Assembly: GCA_046563655.1 (NCBI GenBank)
Contig: CM102283.1
Location: 558,001 to 622,000 of the forward strand
Origin: Yuukianura sp. NJ FZ-2021
Lineage: Eukaryota
Direction: 5' to 3'
Length of the DNA stretch: 64,000 nucleotides
A program made the position numbers and the translations under genes. Positions 36,812 through 49,541 of this stretch are shown piece by piece. Below the pieces are notes generated by a model. It worked only from the letters and a program-made list of their open reading frames with translations, had not been told where the DNA came from and searched no databases. Numbering within the stretch: position 1 is the first letter of the stretch; each line of letters starts with the position of its first letter.

Positions 36812-38061
36812 TGCGCGGTTCCCAGTACCCGGTGCGCGGTTCCCAGTACTCGGTACCCACTACCCGTACTAGTACTCAGTGCGCGGTTCCCAGTACTCGG
36901 TGCGCGGTTCCCGGTTCCCAGTACCCGGTGCGCGGTTCCCAGTACTCGGTGCGCGGTCCTGATTTCCCAAGATTCATTTCCCGAGATTCGTTTCTCGAGA
37001 TTCATTTCGCGAGATTCATTTCGCGAGATTCATTTCTCGAGATTCATTTCCCTAGATTCATTTCTCGAGATTCATTTCTCGAGATTCATTTCCCAAGATT
37101 CATTTCGCGAGATTCATTTCTCGAGATCCATTTCCCAAGAATATTCAACACTTTACTCACAACCCATGGCGGAAAATTCCAAACAGTGAAATTAATCTAA
37201 TGAATGAATTTTGAAAACAACGATTACCAGAATATTACCAAAAGAAATTCAAATTAAACAACTTCAATTTTAAATCGCAGTTCAAAAAAGCACAAAACGT
37301 TTAGTGAGTCACGCGAGTAGTATTCTTCAACTCTTAACAAGTATGAAATTTAACATGCCGGCATGTTAAATTTCAAGTTCGAAATTTTCGAAATTTTCAA
37401 AGTTCGAAATTTTGGAAAATGTTGAAAAAGAGTTGAGAATTTTGAAAAAAGTTCAGAATTTTAGTAGCAAGAACCGAACCGCAACCATCCTTGTCCCCAG
37501 CAGTAGTCTCCTGAACACGTAGCCAGCATTTGAGTCCGTATTTTGAAATTTAATATGCCGGCATGTTAAATTTCATACTTGTTAAGAGTTGAAGAATACT
37601 ACTCGCGTGACTCACTAAACGTTTTGTGCTTTTTTGAACTGCGATTTAAAATTGAAGTTGTTTAATTTGAATTTCTTTTGGTAATATTCTGGTAATCGTT
37701 GTTTTCAAAATTCATTCATTAGATTAATTTCACTTTTTGGAATTTTCCGCCATGGGTTGTGAGTAAAGTGTTGAATATTCTTGGGAAATGGATCTCGAGA
37801 AATGAATCTTGGGAAATGAATCTCGAGAAATGAATCTCGAGAAATGAATCTTGGGAAATGAATCTCGAGAAATGAATCTCGCGAAATGAATCTCGCGAAA
37901 TGAATCTCGAGAAACGAATCTCGGGAAATGAATCTTGGGAAATCAGGACCGCGCACCGGGTACTGGGAACCGCGCACTGAGTACTGGGAAGCGGGTACCG
38001 AGTACTGGGAACCGCGCACTGAGTACTGGGAAGCGAGTACCGAGTACTGGGAACCGCGCAC
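36812..38061. mobile_element. Foldback-like element: about 520-560-bp inverted arms with internal tandem repeats around a 170-bp spacer
   Basis: 36812-37376 is the near reverse complement of 37543-38061; 21-bp TGCGCGGTTCCCAGTACTCGG and 14-bp GAGATTCATTTCTC arrays. Confidence 0.85.
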
Positions 38062-38305
38062 TGGGAAGTGGGAAGTGATTTGACCCTTTTAAGCTTCCGT
38101 ACTTCTTCCCTGGTTGGTTTGGTTGTCTCACCGTCGTCGCCCCTTCATCGTTTTCGCATTTGTGAGTTGTGACTCAGAAGGCTCAGTGTCAGGATTCAGA
38201 TTCGAAGACTTTCTTGACTTTCATTTTTGCACTCCGAGGGTTAGTTTTCAGTATCCAGTGCAAATTTAGTAGGTCACCGTTGGGACGACCGACATCTCAC
38301 TGGCA

Positions 38306-39320
38306 ATGAGTTCCTCGAAAACCACTTCAAGAACTGCGTCAATTGAAGAGAAGGTGGAAAACTATGAGGAGGATTTCTCAGGCCATTTCGATCTGATCAA
38401 ACTGAACGGCCACTTGCGCCTTTGTCTCAAGTCAAACACTGATGAGGATGCCGTCGACAGTGATGCGTGTACTACCGTCGACGTTTCCATGGACGAATAT
38501 ATTGAAATCTTTCATCAGCTGTACAAGTGAGTTATGCTTTGTAATAGTTGTGCCATTTAGCAATGCAGTGCTTTGTCATCGGGATTTAATGGTTGTAAAT
38601 TTCGATACTTGCAGGTTCTTCTGCATGTTGGGAACTGTTTTTGGCTTTGTTGCATCTGACGTTAAGGCCAAAGTGGAGATTCTATCGGACTATCGGAAAG
38701 GACCAAATGGACATCAATATGAATTTGTTGGGAAAATGATCATTTATGAGAGGGAGTCCGGGTACTTGAAAGATAATAGAGATGGAAACGCCTCCAGAAC
38801 GTTTCTTCGCCTTCACAGAGCATTACGTAAGTAACAGCGACCAGCACATATCGGGGAGTCGCCCCCAATGAGTACATCTTCGATTACCAGTTCTTAGTTC
38901 TTATCATTTTTTTTTTCAATTTATTAGTATTTGTATCTGAATTTCTTCGGAAAACCTTGACATTGGCAGAAGAGGACGGAACAGGTCAGATAGCTCGTGA
39001 GACGTACAAGGAAACATTGGCGAAACACCATGCTTGGCTCATCCAAACGGGAGCACTGATGGCCATGTACACTTTACCCACGAAGAAAGACTTGTTCAAA
39101 CAGGTACAATAGCTAAATTCAATAGATTCCAATTTTCGTGTTTATTTTTTGGTGGATAATTGTTAACACTGTTTTCTTGACGAACCAGCTCGGAGTGGAG
39201 AAACATTTTGAGCCACATGAAGTGAGTGAACAGCTCAACGAGGGTGTCCGAATTACGAAACAAATTTACGACGCTTGTCAAAAGCTTTACAAGAACGAGA
39301 ACTTGCTCAACCTTCCGTAA
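38306..39320 (+). CDS. CPTP: Ceramide-1-phosphate transfer protein (GLTP fold), 4 exons
   Basis: FFCMLGTVFGFVASDVKAKVEIL, ASRTFLRLHRAL, LAKHHAWLI, C-terminal LLNLP. Confidence 0.88.
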
Positions 39321-40495
39321 CATCAATCAAATCTTGTTATTTTCTTCTACTTAGGAGATAGTAACACTAGTTACAAATGGCTCATCATCATGTTGTATGC
39401 GCTGAATCACATTCCATCCCCTTCACCGGTGAAATTCTTTAAATAACACTTAAAATCATGAACCAATTATTTGTATAGCAATTAAGTCTAAAGATATGTG
39501 AAGCAATAAACAAAGACAAACTTTGTGTTGAGTATGACTCTATGACAGGTTGGCTATTCGTAGTGTGGCTGATTAATTCCTTAATTAGTAGCGGTAAGAT
39601 TTACGAATGATTTATTTTTTATGATGTTAAAGTAAATCGTAAGTTTACTAAAAAATCTTCTTTGTGAACTTACTCGCGTCTACTAAACTTCAAGCGCCTG
39701 CCTGCACCTTGGTGTCCAAAGTTTGCGTTTCACTAATGCCTTTGCTTTCTAATTTCATTTTACACTTTTTGTATTTTGCATTGCAGTTGAGTTCTTTCGC
39801 TTTTTACTTTTTTCACTCTCCCGCGCCCGCTGGTTTTGCTTGTTGTTTGGGTTGAAGTAAGGCACGCGTAGTGAATGGGTACATCGCAGCGTTTTACATC
39901 CTGACGTTGCATCCCATGGAAAGTGTTACGTTCGGTTGCGTAACAAGGGATGCAACAATGGAGATACGCGACACCGCTTTCTGGGGTATAAGAACTGCAA
40001 GGAAACATAAGCAAGATGTAACACAGGGCCACTTTTGCCTTACAGCAACCTTTATTTGTGCCGGATCTCTCGGTTCATTTTTTTCTTCAGTAGAGTTCCT
40101 CATTAAAGTTAAAGTTAATTGAGTTCCTCGAGTGTCCTTGTCCAGACGAGTGACCTCCCTTGACCTCACTTTAGTTCTACTTCGTCGTAGTAGTCCGGTA
40201 TCAGCCCAGCAAATTCGACAGGTCTCGATTCTTGAACGTTTTAGTAAAATATCATTCACTTCCACAGAGGCATACCGCAAACCATCCAGCCTTTTTTTTT
40301 GTTACACACTCTTATAAGAGCTGGAGTAACCTGGTTTGTACATTCAGAGGACTCTCGGACTCGGACCATCGCGGGTCAAACCCAAGGGCGGAATGGACAG
40401 GAAGCAAGGCCATTCTGGTTTGAATTCTACTAAACCAGCCTTAACTAGATTGGAGAGTAGAGTGAACGGAAGCAGGCATAATAACCCAGCTGGAA

Positions 40496-42113
40496 TGGAT
40501 CTTGAACCTTACATCATGGACAATTTAAACGCTTTTCTCAATACGCATGGAGGCACTGAAGTGGAGCTTATTACCAAGGACCTTCCTCTCGAATGTCAAT
40601 TCTATGAACTTAAAGGTACACAATTCTGATTGGATTATGTTGAAATGGAGAGGTTCATGTACACTTTGAGTCCAATTCAATACTGGTTCTTGATTATTGT
40701 TTTGTTTTGCTAGAGCGCGAGTGCCTACGGGAATTGCAAAGGTGTGCCGAGTCGATTGACGCTGAAATTCAACGCAAGCACACTTCTTTCTTCATGTCAC
40801 TTCCTCGGGAGGTACTCAAGACAAAACTCTCTGCATTAATCGCTCGGGTAAGTCCACGTTGTTGTGAAACAGAATTCCTAAAAGGTTGTATCCTCTTATC
40901 GCTCGCTTTAAATTAAGTATAAAGTTTCATGTGAGATTTGATTTGTATCTGCTGTAGGCGGACAATGCGCCTAACTTTGAAGTAATGAAGCAACGGCTTT
41001 TGGAAAATATCGGTGAAGATGGTAGCGAGGATGAAATCGAAAATAATGCATCCGACGACACTCAGGAATCGATTCCAGCTGCTGTGAACGTGAACGAATC
41101 CCCGCGGGGCATTCCATCCACTCAAAACCGTCATGCACCAATAGCAATTCCTTCCGATCCAGCTCCAGTTCCAGCAGCTCCCGTAGCTACCACGGCCCAA
41201 AGTGCGATTGATGATCTTGCTTTACCATCCACCCCCAAAAACACTTCAGGTTCTTCAGAAGAGTTCTTTCAAACTCCCCGCACACATTTTGATGGGACCA
41301 CCACACTCATGTAACAAAATTGTTAATATTATTGCTGCTTTAAAAACCAAACAGAATTGAATCGTTTTTTCTTTTATCAGGTTCAACCAGAACCAGACTC
41401 GCGCCAGAGGCAAAACTATAGTCCTTCCTCCAAGAAATGATGCGGGCACTTCTCGCCAGCCTGTAAGTCGAACATTAATCAACTCTTTCTCACTTTACAA
41501 ATTTTTCAAGTAATGCTAACAATTCGCAACATCGTTTCAGGGAGAATTTTTTGTTTTCCCGCCTCCACCAGTCTTCCAAGAACCAGCAGCTCCTCCAGTT
41601 TTTCAGTTTGTTGGAAACACAGCCAAGGAACCGCGTTTGTTGAAACCGGGCGAAGTTCTTTTCTCCTCCACCGGCTCTCCGATTGCAATTCCACCGCAAA
41701 GTGCTCCATCGTCAGTTGCATCTTCTGTTCCTTCCATGCCAGTTGAGGCCGGAATTATGACACCACCTCCACAGGGTACTGCTGGGCTCAAGACGATCCA
41801 TTTGAAGGTGGACAACCCCAATGGACCGGTAAGTTTTTAATCTGTTGAAGATTTAACTCCGTCCCTTATCTTTGGCTTCTGTTTGTTTTATCACAAGGCT
41901 TTTCAAGTGGAAATGGTATGTCGCGAGGATGGGCGGGAACAACAGGAGTTGTTTCGAAACTTTGTGACTGACGTTCGTGGATTCATTACGACGCGTTCAA
42001 TGGCCCAAAACAAAGTGATGGCTCCGCGTGTCATTGCCTCTTCTGCTACTAGAAAAGGAAAAGGAAAACGCAAATGTCCATCTTCTTCAAGGAAACCACA
42101 ATGGCGTGTTTAA
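40496..42113 (+). CDS. Borealin (CDCA8)-like protein, multi-exon; internal boundaries approximate
   Basis: N-terminal helix ending SLPREVLKTKL, S/TP-rich middle, KPGEVLFSSTGSPI motif. Confidence 0.55.
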
Positions 42114-42258
42114 GCATTTTGGCGCTCTACGAACATATCAAACTCTCCTGATTTTTTTCTTCTACATCTGAAGCATTTGTGAATTTTAACGAAACTCTAC
42201 GAAAAATTATGCACAACGCTCTTTGGTCTATGCTACTGTAGGTAAGTAACTAACTATC

Positions 42259-45200
42259 TGTTAGGCTCGGTCGTAGTCGACTAACCGTTGACTACCGGAA
42301 CACTGAATGTGGAAGGACGTGATCGAAAAAGGGTTAATTTCTGGATAATTTATTCTCTATTTAATTAATTGCTAAGAGGACAATACTTTTCACTCCTATT
42401 CTCTCCTAGCTCTAAAACCTTACTTCTTATTATTACTAAAAAACAAAGGAACCACGCCACACATACTCACACAGGACGCGGACGACTTTTTGAATTCCCA
42501 CTCAAAATTATGTCTCAAATTGACAAGAGCAGAAAACTAACTTGAACCTATTGTTCTAACACTGCTAAAACATATTTCTTAACCTAATGGTCGGTGGCCC
42601 TAATTTATCGTCTAATTTTTACCTTTAAAATAAAAACTCTAGAACGAAAATTTAACCTAGCCTAATCTAACTTCTAACTTATTGTCATCCTAACATTTCT
42701 CCCACCTTTTCTTTAAGAGGAAACTATTAAAGAAAAAACTAAAACAAGAGGAAACTCTAAACGGATTGCACAAAATGCACCATTAACTTAACCTAAAAGT
42801 TCCACGTTCCATAACGCTGAGGTTTCTTGACGAGACGTCCTTTCCGAGTGGTTACAGTTTCGCCATCGGTTGTTTCCGGCTCATCATCTTCTAAGATCAC
42901 TTTCGCCCGGTTCTTGACCTCTTCTACAATCTCCTTCCTCATGGTCTTGAAACGCTCTTCCCTGACGGACATCTCCAAAGGATAAAGGCGTTGAAGAGGG
43001 CGAGTGAGGGTTGTACAGCTATAGTCTCCGGGGACTTTGGGTTTACACGCAATCCTGACTTTGGCTACTCGTACTTTACCATCGGCTCCTGTTCCGAGTT
43101 CCACAATCTTCCCGAGAGGCCATTGGAAGCGCTTTCGGTCATCGTAGCCAATCAAAACGACATCTCCCACTTTCGGCTCAACTGACGGTTTCTCGTTCCC
43201 CTTCTGGACCAGCATCGCCAAATACTCTTTTCGGAATCGGGCTCGGAGGGCCGCCTTAAGCTCTTGCAACTTCTTGAAGGCACCTCTCAACTGTGATGCT
43301 CCGATTTCGTCACCTTCTGGAAATACAGCGATTGGAAGGTCCCTCATAAACATTCTTGGGGTAAGGGGAATGAGGTCTCCGCCATCCTCGGTTAGCGTTG
43401 TCAATGGGCGATCGTTGATCGTTCCGGACACCGTTGCTAGGCAAGTGAGGAGCTCCTCCTGGGTCAACTTGGCGCTTCCTAGCATTCTTCGGAGCAACTC
43501 CTTTGTTGAGCGAACCATCCTTTCCCACCAACCTCCCCACCAAGGCGCTGCGGGTGGATTGAAAGTCCACTTGATTTCTTTGGCTTCAAATTCTCGTTCC
43601 AAAGTTTTCCAGTCCAGCAGTTTCATGACGTTCCGGGTGCCCACGAAATTTGTCCCATTGTCGCTGTATAGGCGGTTGGGCCGGCCGATCACACTCACAA
43701 AACGTTCTAACGAAGAAATGAACGCTTCCCAGGAGAGTGAAGTGACGAGATCCAAATGGATTCCTCTATAAACGGCACAAGTGTAGAGGACAATCCATGC
43801 CTTGCTTCCTCCCTTCAAAATCACCGGTCCTGCTAAGTCGACTCCAGTGGTTTGGAAGGCGAAAACCGTTTCAACGCGGTCCTTTGGGAGTGGAGCAGCT
43901 TCTGGTTGTAGACTATGTCCTTTATGACGCTTGCACACTACACACCGCTGTAGTACGGCTCCAACAGTTTTGCGACCCTGTGGAAGCCAATACTTCTCTC
44001 GTAACTTCCCAAGGACGAATTGTACCCCTCCATGACCACTGCTCCTATGAACATGATAAACGAGAAGATGTACCATGGGATCTTCTTTTGGTAGCAAGAT
44101 CGGGCTTCGGAACTGATCTGTGTCTGTCTTGTATGTGAGCCGTGATTTCACCCGCAACAGCCCATCTTCACCAAGAAACACATCCAGATTTTTCAATTTC
44201 GGAGTTTGGCCAAAATACCGCCTTTGAATATCTCTGAGGATATCCGCTTCTGCTGCCAACAACTCCTTCTTCCCAATGCTTCCACTCTTGATTCGGTCAG
44301 TTTCAGACTTAACCTTGGAGTTGTACAGGAATCTTTTGACCCAGGCTGCTACTCGTACATTCTTCAAATAAGACGAAAACCTTGGTTCTACTGAGTCAGT
44401 TTGGACGGCAACGAGAGTAGTTTTCTTCTTTTCAGCGTTTACCAGTTGCTCGTCCACAACAGCTTCTGATTTGGGCCAGTCACATTCCTCTTGGTAAAGC
44501 CACTCCGGTCCCTCCCACCATTTTGACTGGCGGAGCTCCTTGTGTGGACATCCTCTTGAAGGGAGATCCGCCGGGTTCAAAATCCCAGGGATATGTCGCC
44601 AACTTGAGCCTCCTGTTAACCTGACGATCTCACTAACCCGGTTCCCAACGAAAGTGCCCCAGTTTCCTTCTTTTTGAATCCAGGACAGAGCGGTCATTGA
44701 GTCGGTCCAAAAGTGACTTACGACATTCTTCGTGTCCAACGCTGTAGCTGTAGCTTCCCACAGTCGAGCACCAACGAGACACCCAAGCAGTTCCAATCGG
44801 GGAATGGTGACTCGGTTCTTCTTCTTTTTGTCGAGTGGAGCTACACGGGCTTTAGATGCTAGTAATTGAACCGTAATCAGACCATCTCCATGAGCCACTC
44901 TCACAAATACTGCACCAGCATACGCCAACTGACTTGCATCAGTAAAAACATGGAGTTGAATGCGGGCGGGGCCTGATGACAATCCAACGGCGTGTCTTGG
45001 TATTCGGATGTTCTCTAATTCACTGATCTCCGAGTACCATTTTAAGAATGCTTCTCTTCGGTCATTGTCCCATTGGTCATCCCATCCCAAATCGGTTGCC
45101 CAAGCTTCCTGTAGCATCAACTTCGGTTGTAGACGTGACGGGCTTGCGTATCCAATGGGCTCAAACACTTGGGACACCAGCGACAGAACGACCCTCTTCG

Positions 45201-48200
45201 TTATAACTTCTGACTCAAAATCCTTGGGCACTTGGCAATACAGGGTATCGTTATTCTTGTCCCAATGTAACCCCAAAACGGTCGTGACACTTTGGTGAAT
45301 GGGAGTTTGATCCACTTGTGACTCCCATTGTCTCAAATCCATCTTGGCCTCACTCAGGATGTCAATGGCTTCGATTTTGAACTTGCGATACTCTTCTTCG
45401 TGGTTGAAAGACGTCACACAGTTGTCCACGTAGAGTGACCGCCTGAGTAGTTCCGCAGTACACTTCCATTGCTCCTTGACCTGACTCAAATGAAGGTCCA
45501 GAATCGCCGCCAAAATGAAAGGACTACACGTCAGTCCAAATACCACTCTGCAATGTTGGTATGGCTGTAGCTCCTTCTTGTCACCATTGGCGCGCCACCA
45601 GTAAAACTTCTGGTACTTACGGTCTTCTGGTGCTACGGAGATCATCTGAAAGGCTTTCCTGATGTCGGAGATGACTCCTATCTTCTTTTCTCTGAACCGG
45701 ATGAGCATGGCAGGGATCAGTTCCAGCCAGTTTGGACCTTTTTCCAAACACTGGTTGAGTGACGGGCGTTTTGTCATACGGCACGAAGCGTCAAAGACTG
45801 GTCGCACCGGGGTGGTCACACTTTCCTTGAAAACGGGGCGATGAGGTAAGTAGTGTCCAGACATGGGGTCAACTTGCACTGGAATTTCGATAATCCCCTC
45901 TTCCTCCCACCCTTTGAAGACTGCATCATAGGTGTTAAACTTGCCTTGTCTTTCCAACTTTGCAGTGGCAGAGTCCAGCCTTTTAACACTCACAGACTCG
46001 TTTGTAGGGAGGTGACACTTTACATCTGCATTCACCCATGGGAGACCAACAACATACCTTCCCGTTGTTTCACGGGTCACTTCTTTCTGGAAGGTCTCCT
46101 TTAGCTTCCGATCGCTGTCCAGTTCAGTAGACTTTTGTACGGGATCCCGAATGCCTAACAAGTCCAAATCCCAAAGTTGACAGACGGATCCTGTGAGGTA
46201 ACTGTGAATAACAGTTTCACAAGCACTAGTTTCAGCCTTGAACACAGGGCCACACAACATCCAACCAAAGAGAGACTGAACCGCGTAGACTCCATCTCTG
46301 AGATGAATCCTCTTGCCGGTCATCAACTGCTCTCGATAGTCACTCCCAATCAAAATGTCTATGTCTTGTCGGTGTTGGGTATTACCACCGTGGTCTTCAA
46401 TTGTGATGCCATTCCTTTCCAGTTCTTTGCTCCACTTCCCCAATTGAGCACGCGGCGGAATACCTCCAATCACTGGTCTCTCCCTCAGCAACAGTTTGAC
46501 CTTTGACCCAGCAGCGTCCAGAACGGTGAGTTCGTGTTTGTAGAAGAGGGTCCCTGGAGACACTTTACCGTCAATCATTACGGTCTTGACTCGCTCCTCT
46601 CCCACCGGCTTACTGGACACACTGTGGACGACGTGACTGGTCACATAACTGCTTTGGCTGCCCTCGTCAAAAAGCAATCGAGCCAGCAGCTTAATTCCAC
46701 TTTTACCCACAACCCACACTAGCATTGTTTTGAGCAGAACGTCACCCCCACACTGTACTCCACTATTAACAGCAACAGTTTCAGTGGAACTTTGAGTGAC
46801 TTCTTTTACCTCACGAGTTCCATTGTTACCAGGCGGTTTGTCATGGGCTTGCTTTAAAGCGTGAAGGTCAGGGCACATGAAATGGTAGTGCTTCTTGGAA
46901 CACAGTGAGCAACGAACCGGAGCCTTACACGCCTTGGCCATGTGACCTTTAAAGCAAATGTAGCACCCTTTGGAGTCATTCACTTTCTTTCGTTTTTCTT
47001 CGAGTGACATGTTGAGGGCCTTGAAACACTCATGACTCTGGTGATTGGTTTTAGCACAGAAGATACACTTTTCCTTGCCTTTGCCTTCGAACAGTCCCGC
47101 CGAAGTGGAAACGTCTTCTTGACCAAGTTCCTTCTCCGGTCGTCGGTGTCTTTGATGCTTTTGAGTAGAAGGGCCCTCTAATTTGGTCAACTTCCGCTGT
47201 TCCTGGTTCTCGACTTCGACGCGCAGAAAATCGAGTAGGTACGAAAGTTCCGTCATAACTGGGTCTTCTTGGCTTCCATCCTTCAAATAATTCGGGTGAC
47301 GTTGCCACACAATCATCAGTTCTTCCGGAAGGCATGACTCCACCATTGGATAGAGGAAATCAGCTGCCTGCTCTGTGGTTACGCCCAGCGATGCTAAAGC
47401 CCTTGTGTGCGAATCCAGTGCATAGTAAAGGTTTGACACGGCCTCTGCAGACTTGCCACACGGACTCACCAACTTCAGTAGTTCTTTGATGTAATAGTGT
47501 TTCAGCAGCTTTTCTTTCCCGAAGCGTGTTTTCAACTTTTCGATCACCTTCGGGTAGTTTTCCGCTGATTGTGGATACGCATCCAAGACTTCCCGAGCCC
47601 TTGATCCTGCCACTGTCGACTGATACAGGTACTGGAACTTATCAGTGGGGTCAAGGGACTCATCCTCGTGAATCTTGCGAAACTGCGCCCACCACCCTAG
47701 CCACTCCTTCAGATCCCCATTGAACGTTTTGAGTTGGATCTTCGGGAGCTTGAACTTTCTTGTGGTCGTGGCTGAAGATTGGATTGATGCTGCGTCATCC
47801 TGACTGCTTACCTCCTCACTTCGTTTGTCGAGGTAAGAGTTGATGCTGCCTTGACTGACAAGGATCTTTTGGAGGTATTCTTCCACTTGAATCTGCTCAC
47901 CCTCCAACGTCTCGTCATCCGCTTCACTATCCAGCAGACCATCCAGCACTTCACGATCCAAACGTTGAATGTCATGATGAAGTTGATCCAGCCGGGTGAA
48001 CTTCGCTTGAAGGATGGCTTTGCTAACCTCGTCCTTGTCTAGTTCTCGATCCACTTCATTCGTGATCTTCGTGATCGTGCTCCGAACCACCTTTCTTTCT
48101 TTCTTGACTCGATCCATTTATCAGCTGTTAGAAGATTCAAAAGAACGGAAAGAATCCGATTAATTCGATTCAAATTAAGCTTAAGCTGGAACGTTTTCAC

Positions 48201-48784
48201 CTTATCCACCCCCGAATGCTCAGGGTGGGGCCCACAAAGTGGCAGGACGTAAATCAATTGATACTAGTTCCTCCACACGGCACGGATGAATCGTCCAGTA
48301 CTTCCTTCTTGACCTTTCTCGAACACTGCAGTCCGGCCAGGGTCACCAAAATGTTAGGCTCGGTCGTAGTCGACTAACCGTTGACTACCGGAACACTGAA
48401 TGTGGAAGGACGTGATCGAAAAAGGGTTAATTTCTGGATAATTTATTCTCTATTTAATTGCTAAGAGGACAATACTTTTCACACCTATTCTCTCCTAGCT
48501 CTAAAACCTTACTTCTTATTATTACTAAAAAACAAAGGAACCACGCCACACATACTCACACAGGACGCGGACGACTTTTTGAATTCCCACTCAAAATTAT
48601 GTCTCAAATTGACAAGAGCAGAAAACTAACTTGAACCTATTGTTCTAACACTGCTAAAACATATTTCTTAACCTAATGGTCGGTGGCCCTAATTTATCGT
48701 CTAATTTTTACCTTTAAAATAAAAACTCTAGAACGAAAATTTAACCTAGCCTAATCTAACTTCTAACTTATTGTCATCCTAACA
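42259..48784 (-). mobile_element. Complete BEL/Pao LTR retrotransposon
   Basis: LTRs 42259-42695 and 48352-48784 (TG...CA), TSD CTATC, PBS TGGTGACCC, PPT AAAAGGTGGGAGAAA. Confidence 0.97.
42793..48117 (-). CDS. BEL/Pao Gag-Pol polyprotein (1774 aa)
   Basis: KLPKIQL gag, three Cys/His knuckles, FDEGSQ protease, YVDN RT, TDAS/IPRLEL/NPADLPSRG RNase H, DLAGP/SDNGTNF/WERMV integrase. Confidence 0.97.
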   Translation of the reverse strand: MDRVKKERKVVRSTITKITNEVDRELDKDEVSKAILQAKFTRLDQLHHDIQRLDREVLDGLLDSEADDETLEGEQIQVEEYLQKILVSQGSINSYLDKRSEEVSSQDDAASIQSSATTTRKFKLPKIQLKTFNGDLKEWLGWWAQFRKIHEDESLDPTDKFQYLYQSTVAGSRAREVLDAYPQSAENYPKVIEKLKTRFGKEKLLKHYYIKELLKLVSPCGKSAEAVSNLYYALDSHTRALASLGVTTEQAADFLYPMVESCLPEELMIVWQRHPNYLKDGSQEDPVMTELSYLLDFLRVEVENQEQRKLTKLEGPSTQKHQRHRRPEKELGQEDVSTSAGLFEGKGKEKCIFCAKTNHQSHECFKALNMSLEEKRKKVNDSKGCYICFKGHMAKACKAPVRCSLCSKKHYHFMCPDLHALKQAHDKPPGNNGTREVKEVTQSSTETVAVNSGVQCGGDVLLKTMLVWVVGKSGIKLLARLLFDEGSQSSYVTSHVVHSVSSKPVGEERVKTVMIDGKVSPGTLFYKHELTVLDAAGSKVKLLLRERPVIGGIPPRAQLGKWSKELERNGITIEDHGGNTQHRQDIDILIGSDYREQLMTGKRIHLRDGVYAVQSLFGWMLCGPVFKAETSACETVIHSYLTGSVCQLWDLDLLGIRDPVQKSTELDSDRKLKETFQKEVTRETTGRYVVGLPWVNADVKCHLPTNESVSVKRLDSATAKLERQGKFNTYDAVFKGWEEEGIIEIPVQVDPMSGHYLPHRPVFKESVTTPVRPVFDASCRMTKRPSLNQCLEKGPNWLELIPAMLIRFREKKIGVISDIRKAFQMISVAPEDRKYQKFYWWRANGDKKELQPYQHCRVVFGLTCSPFILAAILDLHLSQVKEQWKCTAELLRRSLYVDNCVTSFNHEEEYRKFKIEAIDILSEAKMDLRQWESQVDQTPIHQSVTTVLGLHWDKNNDTLYCQVPKDFESEVITKRVVLSLVSQVFEPIGYASPSRLQPKLMLQEAWATDLGWDDQWDNDRREAFLKWYSEISELENIRIPRHAVGLSSGPARIQLHVFTDASQLAYAGAVFVRVAHGDGLITVQLLASKARVAPLDKKKKNRVTIPRLELLGCLVGARLWEATATALDTKNVVSHFWTDSMTALSWIQKEGNWGTFVGNRVSEIVRLTGGSSWRHIPGILNPADLPSRGCPHKELRQSKWWEGPEWLYQEECDWPKSEAVVDEQLVNAEKKKTTLVAVQTDSVEPRFSSYLKNVRVAAWVKRFLYNSKVKSETDRIKSGSIGKKELLAAEADILRDIQRRYFGQTPKLKNLDVFLGEDGLLRVKSRLTYKTDTDQFRSPILLPKEDPMVHLLVYHVHRSSGHGGVQFVLGKLREKYWLPQGRKTVGAVLQRCVVCKRHKGHSLQPEAAPLPKDRVETVFAFQTTGVDLAGPVILKGGSKAWIVLYTCAVYRGIHLDLVTSLSWEAFISSLERFVSVIGRPNRLYSDNGTNFVGTRNVMKLLDWKTLEREFEAKEIKWTFNPPAAPWWGGWWERMVRSTKELLRRMLGSAKLTQEELLTCLATVSGTINDRPLTTLTEDGGDLIPLTPRMFMRDLPIAVFPEGDEIGASQLRGAFKKLQELKAALRARFRKEYLAMLVQKGNEKPSVEPKVGDVVLIGYDDRKRFQWPLGKIVELGTGADGKVRVAKVRIACKPKVPGDYSCTTLTRPLQRLYPLEMSVREERFKTMRKEIVEEVKNRAKVILEDDEPETTDGETVTTRKGRLVKKPQRYGTWNF

Positions 48785-49541
48785 CTATCCTTACCATAGC
48801 TAAATAAGTTAGTATATGTATGATTTAAGCGAAACTACAATCTTTTTTTTTCTCAAAAACTTCTGCGCCTCAAATTGCGCAATACATTACGTATTAGAAT
48901 AACTGAATGTGCTTCTTAATCTAACTTTTCTACCAATTCATCCCTGGCTTTACTCCGATTCTTCTCCGCTACTAATGATAAACAAATTTTTTGAAGCCTA
49001 CCAACGGTACATAAAATTAGGAATGCCTTAATAATGCAACTACGATAAGCTAAATATGACGGAATAAAAATTTACTTATTTTGAAACTTAGATTTAAATA
49101 TCCTGTTAATAATTTTTTTAATTTCCATATTTCAAATAGTCTGTTGAAGGATCAGCGAATAGCAGCGCAGATTGCTTCAGATTTTCTGCTTTTGTAAGTA
49201 AATCGACGAAGGTCAAGATGAAGTAAGCGTCTCGTGATTACTAGTTTAACCCAATAGGTTTAAATCAGTAAGCATAATTAAGTCATTCTAATCAGTTGAG
49301 TGTGACAGATACAAAATGCCCGGCCCACGCCATGCTCTATTTCAAAAGGATCCAAGTGACCTCTGCTGACCCCTGCTTATTTCTATGCTTCTTGGGCTTT
49401 TCAAGTTGAAAAAATAGAAGGCGATTAGGACGATGACAAATTGACTTGAAACCTTTGAAGAAGGCGACTCTTTCAGTTCTTTTCCAGATTTCAACAGAGG
49501 TGTACGTGACTAAAAGTCTCCGTCAACTTCTTTGAAACAAA

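Noticed and set aside
36560-38131. ORFs with SRFIS/PSTRCA repeats
   Set aside because: Translations of the foldback tandem arrays
42991-48042. Plus-strand ORFs inside the BEL element
   Set aside because: Antisense shadows of the polyprotein
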